A DNA stretch of 63,984 bases, filler included, from Olpidium bornovanus S191 (lineage: Eukaryota > Fungi > Olpidiomycota), in assembly GCA_017911155.1 (NCBI GenBank). It is 29 parts of 29 records of this genome, joined end to end, with 100 filler letters (N's around TTAATTAATTAA, not from the genome) between each part and the next. Parts side by side here need not be neighbours in the genome. Positions count along the whole stretch, not along the records: positions 35,299 to 38,315 come from JAEFCI010002752.1; positions 38,416 to 41,109 come from JAEFCI010003616.1; positions 41,210 to 42,818 come from JAEFCI010002751.1; positions 42,919 to 44,783 come from JAEFCI010007667.1; positions 44,884 to 46,120 come from JAEFCI010006445.1; positions 46,221 to 48,595 come from JAEFCI010009207.1; 23 more parts are not named here. One strand, 5' to 3'. How positions within the stretch are numbered: position 1 is the first letter of the stretch; the number at the start of each line of letters is the position of its first letter. This document shows positions 37,156-48,695 of this stretch, piece after piece. A program made the translations under genes and the position numbers. The notes beneath the pieces are model-generated. The model was not told where the DNA came from, made no database searches, and saw only the letters and a program-made list of their open reading frames with translations.

Positions 37156-38415
37156 AAAATGCCGAGTGATCGAGAGGGCGGATTCGGGCACGCCTGCGGA
37201 AATGACAGGGTGCGCGGACCCGGGGGGGGGGGGGGGGGGGGTTCTCGCTCGTTTCTGTGCTCTTCGCGGCTGTATCGGCAAGACGCATTGGCGAGAGGCA
37301 AGCGGCGGGTCATGTCGACTCTTTTCATCACTCATCATCTGCCGCCGGGAACGGCTACTCCTCGTGGATGCTGCCGGTAGTCGTCGATGAGGGCCGGTTC
37401 CACCAGCGGCCCAGATATCGTCAGTCGCAACGGTTCTGAGCTTGGGAGCGCGGCTGGCTTCCCTCGCGATCCCGCGCATTCCGCGATTCCCACGCTTTGT
37501 CACGTTACGTCCCTTGATTTCTACGCGCTGTCACATCCCCGCCCATTATCTTAATCTCACGTACTAAATTCTTCCGTTTGGAAGACAGGCCAATCACAGT
37601 TTAGTTATCGGTAGCTCGTAAGCGTCCGAGTTACGCGCGGATGTCCGCAACTGCTGTACTGCTTGGCAGGCCCTGACGGGCGAGACAGCCCTGCGCAGGC
37701 ATGCGCGTGTCTTCGTGGCGGGGGGGTTCAAGGGGAGGAAAGTGGGGAGAACGCTATGGTTGAATGCAAACTGCTTAAGCTCCGGTACGAGGTTTATGAT
37801 TGTTAGCGGCGGTTGTGCGGTCGCGCGCATCTCCGCACCGCCTTTTAAGAACTCACCTCGGCGATCCAAAAGGAATTCTCACCCGACGTGTTTTGTTGGA
37901 ACTCCGCCAAATTCGTTCGCTTTGTATTTTTCGTTTTGCGAAACCTGCGTAAGAGGTGGGGGAATCCGCCATGCCGCACTCGGCGCGCTTTTACGATGCA
38001 AATTTTGTTTCTTTTTATCGCCGCTTCCGCTACATCCCCTTCGCCGGCAACACAGCCGCAACACAAACACACACTCTCTCTCTCCCTTCTTCGCCTTCGT
38101 CTTTCCTTGAGCAGGTTTGTTCAAAGCTTGAAATCCCGTTCACCGCGGAGCCGCGGCGGCAGGGCGGCGCACGCCGCCGGGTGCACCCTGGCCGGGTCCA
38201 ACCGCCACGGCATCGCCTGCGGCGCTCCCGTCCCCGCCGGCGGCAGGACTCTCTGCGGCGGCCAGGGGACGGATGCCCGCGAGACAGCCGCCGGGTGGAA
38301 CTTGGCCGGGTCCGANNNNNNNNNNNNNNNNNNNNNNNNNNNNNNNNNNNNNNNNNNNNTTAATTAATTAANNNNNNNNNNNNNNNNNNNNNNNNNNNNN
38401 NNNNNNNNNNNNNNN

Positions 38416-38554
38416 CATGGCGGGCTGAAATTGGTAGCCGTGCGCGAGTTGCGTCGCCTGCAACTGCGGCTGCTGCGGCATTTGCTCCAGGTGCTGCTGG
38501 TGCGGCAGGTGCTGCTGCTGCTGCTGCTGCTGCAAGTGCTGCTGATGATGTGCG

Positions 38555-38586
<32 letters not shown>

Positions 38587-38634
38587 TTGCTGGTGGTGCT
38601 GGTGCTGGTGCTGGTGCTGCTGCGAATACTGGTG

Positions 38635-38674
<40 letters not shown>

Positions 38675-40876
38675 CGCTGCAGCAGCTCTTCTCTCTGTCG
38701 TCGCGCCGTCGCCTGCGGCGTGGCCAGTTTCGACTTCGCCGCCGCCGCCGCGGCGCCCCCCTTCCCCGCCCTGGGTTTCTTGTCTTTCTCCTTTTCCCTC
38801 TCGTTTCCCCTTTCCCCGTCCCTCTCCTTTTCGCCTTCCTTTTCCTTTTCCCTCCTGTCCTGGTGCCTGCTGTTTTTCCCCGAAGCGCGTGGTAGGAATG
38901 GGGGAGGGGGGGAAGGGAGGGAAAGGGAGGGGGGAAGGGGGGTGGGACAAACGGGTTAGCGACAAAAAAAAAAAAAAAGGCGAAAGCAAAAAGGCGAGGA
39001 GCCAACGCGGGGCGCGTGCGGCGGCGGAGACCAAAACAAAAGTGCGGAAATTCCCAATGGCCCCTCTCCACCACACCCGCCTCTTTCCCTCCCTTCCCTC
39101 CTCCCTCCTTTCGGCCGTTCGAGATAACAAAGGCCCCGGGCCCTCCGTTCCCCGTCGTTAGACTCACGTCCTGATGTGCTGGCTTAGATTGTCCGGCCGC
39201 GCGAAATGCTTGTCGCAATCAGGGATGGTGCACCGGAATGCTGCAGAAATTTTTTCATTATATTTTTTTACGCGTTTTAAGAGGGTCGATGGAAGGGTGG
39301 CAAGCGCGATGGCAGTAAAAAAGAAATAATTTAAGTTCGTTTCCGCGCCGCTCCTGCGCACGCCCGCCCCGTCGCGTCGCAGGTCAACCGATGGGAAGAG
39401 GGGGGCACCACGCCGCCTTCCGTCGCACACCCCAGAGGGACGGCGACAATCGAGGGGAGGGGGCAACGGGAAAGGAAGGGCGGGTTTTATAATCACCGCG
39501 GTTTCCACCGCCCCGCCAGGGAGGTTGTGTGTGTGTGTGTGTGTGGTAAACTCACGTTTTTCTGTGCTGTGGACGGACATGAAGTGACGCTTCACGTGCT
39601 CCGCCCTCTTGAACGCCTTGTCGCACCCGGGAACGTCGCAGCGGAAAGTCTTCGCGGATGCCCCGAGAGCCGGGCTCCGCTGCAGCTGCTTCTTCGCCTT
39701 CTTTTTGACCGGGCCGCCCCCGGGGCGAGCGGCGCTCTGCGGCGTCGACGGAGGAGGAGGAGGAGGAGGGTACGGCTGGGGGACGCCGGCGATGGCCGCC
39801 GCCGGCGGCCAGGGCGGGCCCGGGACGACCGGGCCGGCGCCCAGGGGCGCGGACGGGACCCGCCGGCCGGCGGGCTGCATCCTGCCGGGCTGAAAGCCGG
39901 ACGCGGCTCCGCGCGCGGCCGGCATGCCGGCGACCTGTCCGTAGGCGGGAGCGGTCGGGGCCGGCGAATGCCGCTGCTGGTGGTGATGGTGCTGGTGCTG
40001 CTGGCCGGCCAGGAGGGCACCCGAGTTGGACATTTCGGAGATGGTCAGCGGAGCGTTCAGGAGGTCGAGGAAGACTGCGGGCGGCGACTTGGAGTCGGCG
40101 AGCAACGCCATCGCGGCGTTGACGTTCGGGTCGTGGACTGGCGCCAGAAACTCGGAGAGGCTGAACCGGCGCTGGCCAAAGCTCTCGGGCTTCCCGCCGG
40201 GGGCGGCGGCGCCCTGCTGCGGCGACGCAGAGCCGGGCGGACGGCCGGCGAGCGGCGGGTTCCTGGCGGGCTGGTGCGAGATGGCGGCGGCGGCGGGGCC
40301 GGCGTAACGCTGGAATTCGGCGCCGGGCGGGCCGGGAAAGCCGCCGGCGGCGGGGCCGGCTCCGGGATAGGCGTGCAGGGCGGCGGGCGAGCCCAGCGGG
40401 GCGGAGGGCGAGGGGTGCGCGGGGGCGGGGGACGGGGCGGCGGCGGAGGACGACGGGTGTGCGGGTGCGGCGGCGGCGGCGGGCCCCGGGGTCTCGGCGG
40501 CGCCGCCCATCGGGTTGAAGTCGAAGGGCGACTGCAACAGCAGGTAGTGGTGAGAGTTGGGCAGGGGGAGCTCGGGCACGGTCCCCTCGCCGAAGCCGGC
40601 CGCGGGCAGGGCCGCAGCGGCCGGCGCGCGGGGCTGGGCCGCCGGCGGCGCACCTTCCGCGGACGCCGCCGACGATCCAGCGCCGGAGACGTTGGTGGTG
40701 GTGGTGATGGCTGCGGTGGTGGTGGTGGTGGTGGTGGTGGTTGCGGGGGTGGTGGTTGCGGGGGTGGTGGTTGTGGTTGCGGCGGTGGTGGCTGCGGTGG
40801 CGGCGGCGGCGGCGTCGAAAGCGGCGGGCGTGGACGGGGCCGAGACCGAGGGCGACGACGAGGACGAGGCGGCGGG

Positions 40877-40911
<35 letters not shown>

Positions 40912-41035
40912 ACGAGGACGAGGCGGGCGAGGCGGCCCTCCGCAGGAGGGCGGGGTTGACGGTGGTGGAGGGCGGGTGCGAGGGGCTCCGCGGGAGCGAG
41001 CGGTGGAACTCGGAGAGGAGGCTGCTGCTGTCCAT
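38416..41035 (-). CDS. Msn2/Msn4/Seb1-like two-finger C2H2 transcription factor with a Gln/His-rich C-terminal tail, 3'-truncated
   Basis: Finger 1 CDVPGCDKAFKRAEHVKRHFMSVH and finger 2 CTIPDCDKHFARPDNLSQHIRT|H. The recognition helices resemble Msn2 RSEHLKR/RSDNLSQ. The third exon is in the (CAG)n Gln frame. Confidence 0.85.
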
Positions 41036-41037
41036 GG

Positions 41038-41109
<72 letters not shown>

Positions 41110-42918
41110 NNNNNNNNNNNNNNNNNNNNNNNNNNNNNNNNNNNNNNNNNNNNTTAATTAATTAANNNNNNNNNNNNNNNNNNNNNNNNNNNNNNNNNNN
41201 NNNNNNNNNCCTTCGGCGGTTGACCCTCCGTCGTTCCGTCGTTTCGTTTTCGTCGACCATTCTGTCAATTTGCCTGTCAGGCCGTCAACCCGACTTTTCG
41301 GCGCCGTCACCAACTGAAGAAAAAAATACGCCGAGGAGAACCCCCCCTCCGCTCCCCCCTTCCTCTTACTGAGAGAAAAAAAATTCGACGCCGCCGTTCG
41401 CCGGCTCCAATTTTGTTTTTCTTTTTCACCTTTTCTTTTTTGAGGCCTCGTTGCCTTCCAGCTGCTGTTGCTTGCCAAATGCCGCCGCTGCCGCCCGCAC
41501 AGTTTTTTGCTGTCGGTCGACAGCCGTTGCCGCTGATGGCCAGCTGCCCATCATCAACCAACCTCCAACACTGGCTGGATTGAACTCCTGACCAAATTCC
41601 GACGGGCCACGGCCCCATACGTAACAATGTCAACGGTTTTGATTAACATTTTACCTTGACTAGTTGTTGGAAAAAAAAAACCAAACCCCGACGCCGACCA
41701 ATTCCGGAGTCGATTCGGAACTGCGGTCACGCATCAACGTAGCCCCATCCCAACCCTTCCCCTGCGTCCCCCCCCCCCCTTATTCCGGGCGCCGCAGCTC
41801 AAAAAGCGGCCAATCGCCGCCCGGGCGTGGCGACAGAGATATGCTGCTCGCAGAGTGGTGGGAAGGAAGGTTTACCGGCCATCTCCCCCGGCCCCCTGAT
41901 CCTCTGGCCGACCCGTCGATGCCGCGAACTGGCTGCGGAGGTTCGGCGCAAGTCCGGGGCTCCTCGGAATCGGGCGGAGGCCCACCAGCCCTCCGGCCAC
42001 GCCTGTTACTCCGATGCTCTGCCACGGCGCGTGCCGAATCGGAAATCGGCCTCTCTTTTTCAAACCCCTCCAGTTCCCCCGTCTCTTCCCTCCCCCCACG
42101 CCCGGCCTCCGCCGTTCTCCTTCACCCGCAAACAAGCCACGCAGGTCTCTCCGCCGATTTTACGCCCTGCCGCGGCGAGCTCGACCATTCTCCTCCTCAC
42201 CGACGAAAAACGCTCGATGCTTTAAAAGTCGGCTTGGTTGATCCAAGATAAAAAAAAACATTGCATTGTACATTGGATTGTATAGTTAGAATAAAATTTT
42301 AAAATTCAAATTTGATTGATACAAGTTGAAAATAAACTGCAATGTGGGTTGGTTTGTGAAGTTAAGTACATTCGTGTTTCCGGGAAGGAAGATGGCGTGG
42401 AGGGGCAATGGATTCGAAGGAGAGGATGTGGAGGTGTGTGTGTGTGTGGGGTGTGGGTGGGGGAGGGGGGGAGACCTCGGACCTCCGCTCCGAAGAGCCT
42501 CGGCTGCCTACGTACCCGGTTGCCCGGGATCAGAGGGTTCGTAGTTCCATTAAATTAATAAAAATAAAAAAACTAAAGTAAGGGAGGGCCGAAATACCCC
42601 TACATATATACATTTTGATTGGTGTAGGGGAGTGTGGGCGGAGGGAAAGGTGAGGGGATGTGGTGAAGGAGTGCCGGGGAGGGCAGGGTAATCAAGAGAG
42701 AGGTGATGAGGGAGAGGGAGGGGGGAGCGGACGGAAGAGAGGTATGAGAGACGGACTAGGGGGCGGGCGGAAGAGAGGCATGAGAGAGGAAGGAGGAGTG
42801 GGGGAGGGGGACCGAACANNNNNNNNNNNNNNNNNNNNNNNNNNNNNNNNNNNNNNNNNNNNTTAATTAATTAANNNNNNNNNNNNNNNNNNNNNNNNNN
42901 NNNNNNNNNNNNNNNNNN

Positions 42919-43350
42919 CATGCTTCTCCTTTTCGCAGTGCCCTCAGCATCCTTTTTTTTTGAGAGACAAGATGTTGGCTCGGCCACCCAAAGTTCTTCA
43001 TCTGCAATCCGCGTCATTCGTGCCGTCCAATCGATCAACGGGTTCTCCCTTTTTAACCATCGGAGTCCGAACAGGAGGTCTGTCGTGATTGGCGCAACCA
43101 GCATTTCGAAATCGTTCACGTATGCTCCAAATTGTGCAGATATGCGTATGTATTTGTCACACGATGTTTGTTTTCCTCCGGCAAATTCTACTTGCTTGCT
43201 CGGCTCTTTTTAGGCGATCAAACGCCTGCGTTTGACAAATTTCTCGGATGCTAGCATCCTGTGCAGCAGCTGTCAATCTTCGCTAATTCTAACTGCCCTC
43301 CAATTGTAACGGGGGTATCGAAGGACTCGTAATTGTTTGAGCGCTCGTCG
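42919..43350 (-). mobile_element. Decayed Ty3/Gypsy aspartic protease fragment
   Basis: VTIGGQLELAKIDSCCTG (degenerate ALIDSG), then a frameshift and stop, then FEMLVAPITTDLLFGLRWLKRENPLIDW (D-x-L-x-G-x-x-WL..NPxIDW motif). Confidence 0.75.
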
Positions 43351-43729
43351 AGCTCTCCTCTCTCCTATTGCTCCTCTCCTCTCTCCTATTGCAGCAACCC
43401 TAGGGTTGAGGAATATCCGGGTTGAACCCCACTGGCGAGGATGTGGGCTGTGATGCCAGCGAAAGCCTAAAATTTCATTGTTGGAGAATATTGCCAGCTG
43501 CTTTTGAAACTTTTAGACTTGCAAATTATATCGGCCGCGGCAAAGCTGAAGGCGGCCGCCGTTCTTTGGAAAGGATCAAATAGCGACGACTTCGACAATT
43601 CTACTCGGGCCGTTCACGTCGATCAGTTGCCTTCTGGTGCAAACGGGATTTCTGAAGTTATCCTTGGGGCATACCTGCAAGAGAGATTCCTCCAACTGCG
43701 CCGAGGTAACCTGAAAGGGTCGCGAGTTC

Positions 43730-44783
43730 GGGAGGGCCACTTGCGTCGGGAATGCAACGACCTGCGCCAGGTGCTCGACCGCGGCGAGTTCCGGATCAAC
43801 GACCGCGGCCTCTTCTGTCGTCCCGACTTGCGGCTGTTCCCGGTCGGTCGCCCCGGCGCCGCCAGGATGAAGGCAATCTTCGTCAGCGAACGAGCCAGGA
43901 CGATTGGTCTGACCAACGCGATTCAGCTCCGCATGGCCGAGGCCGCAGTGAGGGTGCAGATGGTCGCCGTCGATGAAAAACGGGCATGGCAGCAAGGTGA
44001 CATGGCCGAGAGAACGAAGCGGGCACGGGGCGTCGAGCCCGAGTGGGCCAAGCTGGCGACGCGAGCAAAGGCCTACAGTCGGGCGGGGCCGGCGACCCCT
44101 GAGCCCGCGGCGGTGGTCTTGATTAAGGATGACGTCGAGATGGGGGGGTCGGAGCCGGCCGCGACGGCGGCGCCGAACAAGGCGGCGAGGAGAGCGATCC
44201 CGACGGCGGAGCCATCGAGGCAGTACGCGCTGCAGACTCCGGAACAAAAAGGCGACCCGGAGCAGCTAGCCGTCGACACCGTGTTGAGTGCAAAGGCGAC
44301 CGTCGACGTCGCTACGCTCCTGAACGTCATCCCGCTATCAACGCTGCGGGCAATTAGCCAACAGCTCCGGATGAAGCGAGTCGCTGTGCAGGTGACCCGT
44401 TTGCCGCCGACGGGTTCGATGCTGAATGGCTCACGTTCGGCTGGAATGAGAGCGAGCGGCCGCCGCAGGAGGAAGCGACACGGCTGGCCGAGGCGTGCGT
44501 AGACGCGATCCAGGTGCCGCGCCCAGAGGAGCCATCGCGAGTCGACCCGGGGACGTGGGCCTGGGGATTCCCTCGTGTCGAAGTGACAATCCCAGGGCTA
44601 GGGCGTTCGGTGAAGGCGCTGATCGACTCGGGGAGCGAGATTACCGTGGCTGACGCGCGACTGGCCGCCGAAGCGAAGTAGTTGTATGACCCGAGGCCCA
44701 ATTGGCAAATGTGCACGGCCCACGGGAAGTCTTACCTGCGGGGCGCGTGCCCCAACGTGCGGCTCGACGTGGGCGACCTGGCG
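43730..44783 (+). mobile_element. Decayed Ty3/Gypsy gag C-terminus (zinc-knuckle remnant, DUF4100-like) plus protease
   Basis: EGHLRRECNDL knuckle remnant; YALQTPEQ..VLSAKATVDVATLLNVIP..LR..KRV segment; VKALIDSGSEITV protease active site followed by an in-frame TAG. Confidence 0.75.
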
Positions 44784-45988
44784 NNNNNNNNNNNNNNNNN
44801 NNNNNNNNNNNNNNNNNNNNNNNNNNNTTAATTAATTAANNNNNNNNNNNNNNNNNNNNNNNNNNNNNNNNNNNNNNNNNNNNCCATTCTTCTTTGCCGG
44901 CATCACGCGCGGGCGGCATTTTTTTTTTTCGTCTTTGCGGCAGCCGGCGCACCTTCCTTCCTTGCATGGCATCGCGCGCGGCGGCCCTTTTTTTTTTGTT
45001 TTTTTTTTTTGCGGCCACGGGAAGGAAAGAAGAAGCCGAGACGGCGGAAGGAGGGCGTTGTGGCGAGTGTGCACGGTTCTGCCATATGAATTGGTGGTGG
45101 GGGAGAGTGGTGGCGTGTGGCGGCTGACCTGCTTCCTGCCGACCTTTTCTTTCCTTCCTTTCGTGCAGGCATCGCAGGCCGCGGCCAACGGTTTTTTTTT
45201 TTTTATTTTGGCGTCCGCCGGCCGGCAGGGTGGAGGCGGAAAAGGTGGCGCTGTGCTACGAAAAAAAAAAACACCCGGCAGGAGTCGGTCAGCTGCCACT
45301 GGGCTCATATGCCGTACTTAGCCAAAAAATATCCAAAGTTTATGCCTGGAAGTAAACTAGTGGTTATGTCCCAAAATTTCTGATGATGTTGTCCTGGTTC
45401 AGATTTTTTTTTGTCCCCGGAAAAAAAAATATTTGTCCCAAATTTCCAAGAAAATGGTACATGAGAGGTCTTCCCTGGGGATTAAAGGGTTGGGGGCGAG
45501 ACGGGGGAAGAAATTGTTATTGGGACGAGTGTAGGAAAATCGGGGGCGAGATTTACCGTTAGGTGTTGTCACTTAACCGTATGTGGATTGGCACTGAGCC
45601 GCGCATGCCAGCAGCGCGTTGGCGCTGCAATGCACTGCACCGCAAAGAATTAGGATGAGATGTAACATCAGGCGGAAATAATCCATTGGTGCCTAAGCTA
45701 TTTTGAATTGGCACTTAGCTTTGTGCGCCAATGGCACATTGGTGCTGTACTGAATAACATGTACTTCAGCAACGGCAGGCTAGCAAATGGTTAATCTGTT
45801 GCTAGACATCGTCGAACGAGGAGCGGGGCACCTGCACGGCCCGCCTCCCTCTCCCCCTTTTCCCCTCGAAGGGCCGGGGTAAAGAAAGGACGTCTTTTTG
45901 CCGTATGAAGTACGCAGTTACAAAAGTTAGTGTCGCTTTGTTTAATGCGGTAGGGAAAAATCTTTTAAAACTCGGTAACTCGTGTCAA

Positions 45989-46120
45989 AAAACGAACAGA
46001 GGCCGACTCGCAAAACGAACAGAGGCCGAGCGAAACGAACAGAGGCTGTGGTGCGCAAGGAACGGGGGCGGAGGCGCAAAGTAAACAGAGGCCGAGGCGC
46101 CAGGCGAAGAGAGGCGGAGG
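45989..46120. repeat. Short tandem array of about 20-23-nt units (AAACGAACAGAGGCCGA)
   Basis: Copies start at about 45989, 46012 and 46032, with degenerate copies at about 46080 and 46103. Confidence 0.7.
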
Positions 46121-46259
46121 NNNNNNNNNNNNNNNNNNNNNNNNNNNNNNNNNNNNNNNNNNNNTTAATTAATTAANNNNNNNNNNNNNNNNNNNNNNNN
46201 NNNNNNNNNNNNNNNNNNNNATTGCCGGAGGGGGGGGGGGGGGGGGGTGGTGGGGGGGG

Positions 46260-46298
<39 letters not shown>

Positions 46299-46802
46299 AA
46301 GGAAACAACGCGCTCTCTTCTCTTCTCTCGCTTCGCTCTCGCTCTCTCGCACGTACGCACGCCCAAAAAAAGGGGAAAAAAAAAAAAAAAAAAAAAAAAG
46401 AAAGCAAGGGAACAACTAACTCCTTTCAGGCACCCCCGCCTCCAGAGCGGGGCGCCGCCCGCAGAAAGCTTCCTTTCTCCACCCGAAAATCCTCTTCGCT
46501 CGCCGGCGCCTCCCGCCGCCGCGAAACGTGCCGCGGAGGCGCGTGGGGCGTTTATCTATGCCGCTCGCCAGGTTTTCCTCGCCCTGCCCGCACCACGGCA
46601 GGCGGAAGTGCGCCGTTGGGCGAGAAAAGTCACGTGATTCCGGGCGCACCCCGACTCGTCGGGCGAAGGAGGGCGGCCCGCACACGATCGGTGTGGTGGA
46701 GGAGAGGCAAAAAAACTAGAGGAAAACGGAAAAAAAAAAAAAAAAAAAAACCAAACCCGCGGTCGCGTATATGTGCTCATTCCCCGGGCTCCGGAATTCA
46801 CA

Positions 46803-48070
46803 ATGGCCGCGATCTTGGTCTTCGGCACGTCGGCGGAGCGCCCCGACGGCCCGCCGCCGGCCGCGGAAGGCGGCGCGGACGCGCTGCTGTCGGCTTTAGG
46901 TCCCGCTGCTCTCGGCGATCCCGTCGGGGCGACAAGCGGCTGGCCGCCGCCGGCGTCCGCCTTCGCCCCCGACTTTTCCGCGGCCGCCCTCTATCCCGGC
47001 AGCGCGGCTGAGCCGGCGGCGCTGCTGGACCCGCAGGCCTTCTGGAGAAACCAGTTTCCCGGCCCGCAGGCGGCTGATTTTTTCTCCGCCGGCGAGCCGG
47101 TGGCCTCGCTCGCTGGCGGCGGCGGCGGATCTCCGTTCGCCGCGCCGTCTCTGGACGTCCAACATCCTTCCGCGGAGGTCGACGATCGATCCTCGGTGGG
47201 GACCACGCGCGCAGCGCGTCGCCCGGGGACGGGCAGAAAGCTCAGGAAAGCGGCGGAGTTGACGCCGGATGAGCTCAAGGCCCTCCGGCGGAGAAGCAAC
47301 TTGTCCTCCAACGGGTACCGGGAGAAGCAGAAGGCGCGTTTCGCGGAACTTGAAGGGAAGGTGCGTTAGTTCTCCGGTCGTTTTGAGAGTTGCGCTCCGG
47401 ATTTCCGTTAACTGTTTTGTCTTTTCGTTTGTCTTTTTATCGATCCGCACGCGTGGCCTTGGAAAAAAAAAATGCCGCGATTCAGAACAAACGCCTTACC
47501 GCGGAAAACTACTTTTTGCGACAACAAGTCGCCGAGCTCGCCGCTCGCGTGTTGGAGCTGTACGGACATCCGGTGGCTGTATTCGCGACGGAGCCGTTTC
47601 GAGAAAAAGACCAGATTCAAGAGTGCCAGACTCAAGAGTGTCATACTCGCTCGCCGGTGAGCACGCCGCCGCCTCTCGCCGGCCCAGTGTTGCCAGAACA
47701 GCTTGATGGCCGGACGGGCCAGGAGCGGTTGGGAGAAACCGCCGCCAACCAGGATCTCCTCGACCAGTTTGGCATATTCCCGGAGGATGTGCCAGAATGC
47801 TCGGACGGCCGGGCGGGCCATGAACGACGGGATGACGTCGCCGCCGGGGACCAGGACCTTCTCACCCAGCTCAGCGTCTTCCCGCTGGAGTTGCAACGGG
47901 AGCTCTGCGGGTTATTCACGGACGCCGGCCAGGCTGACGCTGCCAACGAGAGCGCGGGAGCTGGAGCTCACCTTTTTGCGTCCGACTTCCAGTCGAATCC
48001 GGACGGGCCGGCAGGTCCTGTAGAGCCTGACACTTTTCGCCAAGGCTCGCCGGTTTGCGCGTCGACCTGA
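46803..48070 (+). CDS. bZIP transcription factor with an atypical basic region, 2 exons
   Basis: Intron 47361-47485 joins LRRRSNLSSNGYREKQKARFAELEGK|NKRLTAENYFLRQQVAELAARVLEL, giving a perfect five-leucine heptad zipper. Confidence 0.75.
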
Positions 48071-48695
48071 AAACTCACATCAGGTCGAGCGTATAATAGT
48101 TTTATTTTTTTTTTCTTTCCCTACGCGGAAGGCTTTACCGCGCCACAGGAAACACCATCGGGGCCGCACTCGCGGCTTTCCGCTTCTCATCATTTTGGAA
48201 CCAGGGGATTCCGGTCGACCCGCGACCGTCCCACAGCAAATCGAAGTTCAATGGAACTCGTTCCTCCCTCCCTGCCCCCTCCCTCTTTCCCTCACACTTC
48301 TCTCTCTCTCTACCCTTCCAGGCACAATTAAGCATGATGTTGCCTTTTTGGGCATCTCGCGCGCTCTTTCATCTCCCGGACGATAATAAAGTCATTCCAA
48401 CCGCCACCCGCACTCCCCCCCCCCTTTTTTTGTCGTTCTCCGAGCGTAAGGGGTGCTTCGAAAGAGCCCGCTCTGCATGAAACCGGTCTTCTCTTTCTCG
48501 CCCTTTTGCCGTCCAGGACGAGACGAAAACTACCACGCATTCTTGGAAAAAAAAATAATCAAAACTTCGCGTTCGGGAGACTCCCGACTCGCGCGNNNNN
48601 NNNNNNNNNNNNNNNNNNNNNNNNNNNNNNNNNNNNNNNTTAATTAATTAANNNNNNNNNNNNNNNNNNNNNNNNNNNNNNNNNNNNNNNNNNNN

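Noticed and set aside
43305-43435. TGTAAC as an LTR start with a TGGCGA primer-binding site
   Set aside because: TGTAAC is the antisense of the VT codons of the minus-strand protease, and no matching second LTR exists.
45989-46120. CRISPR array
   Set aside because: Spacers are only a few bases, copies decay, the context is eukaryotic and there are no cas genes.
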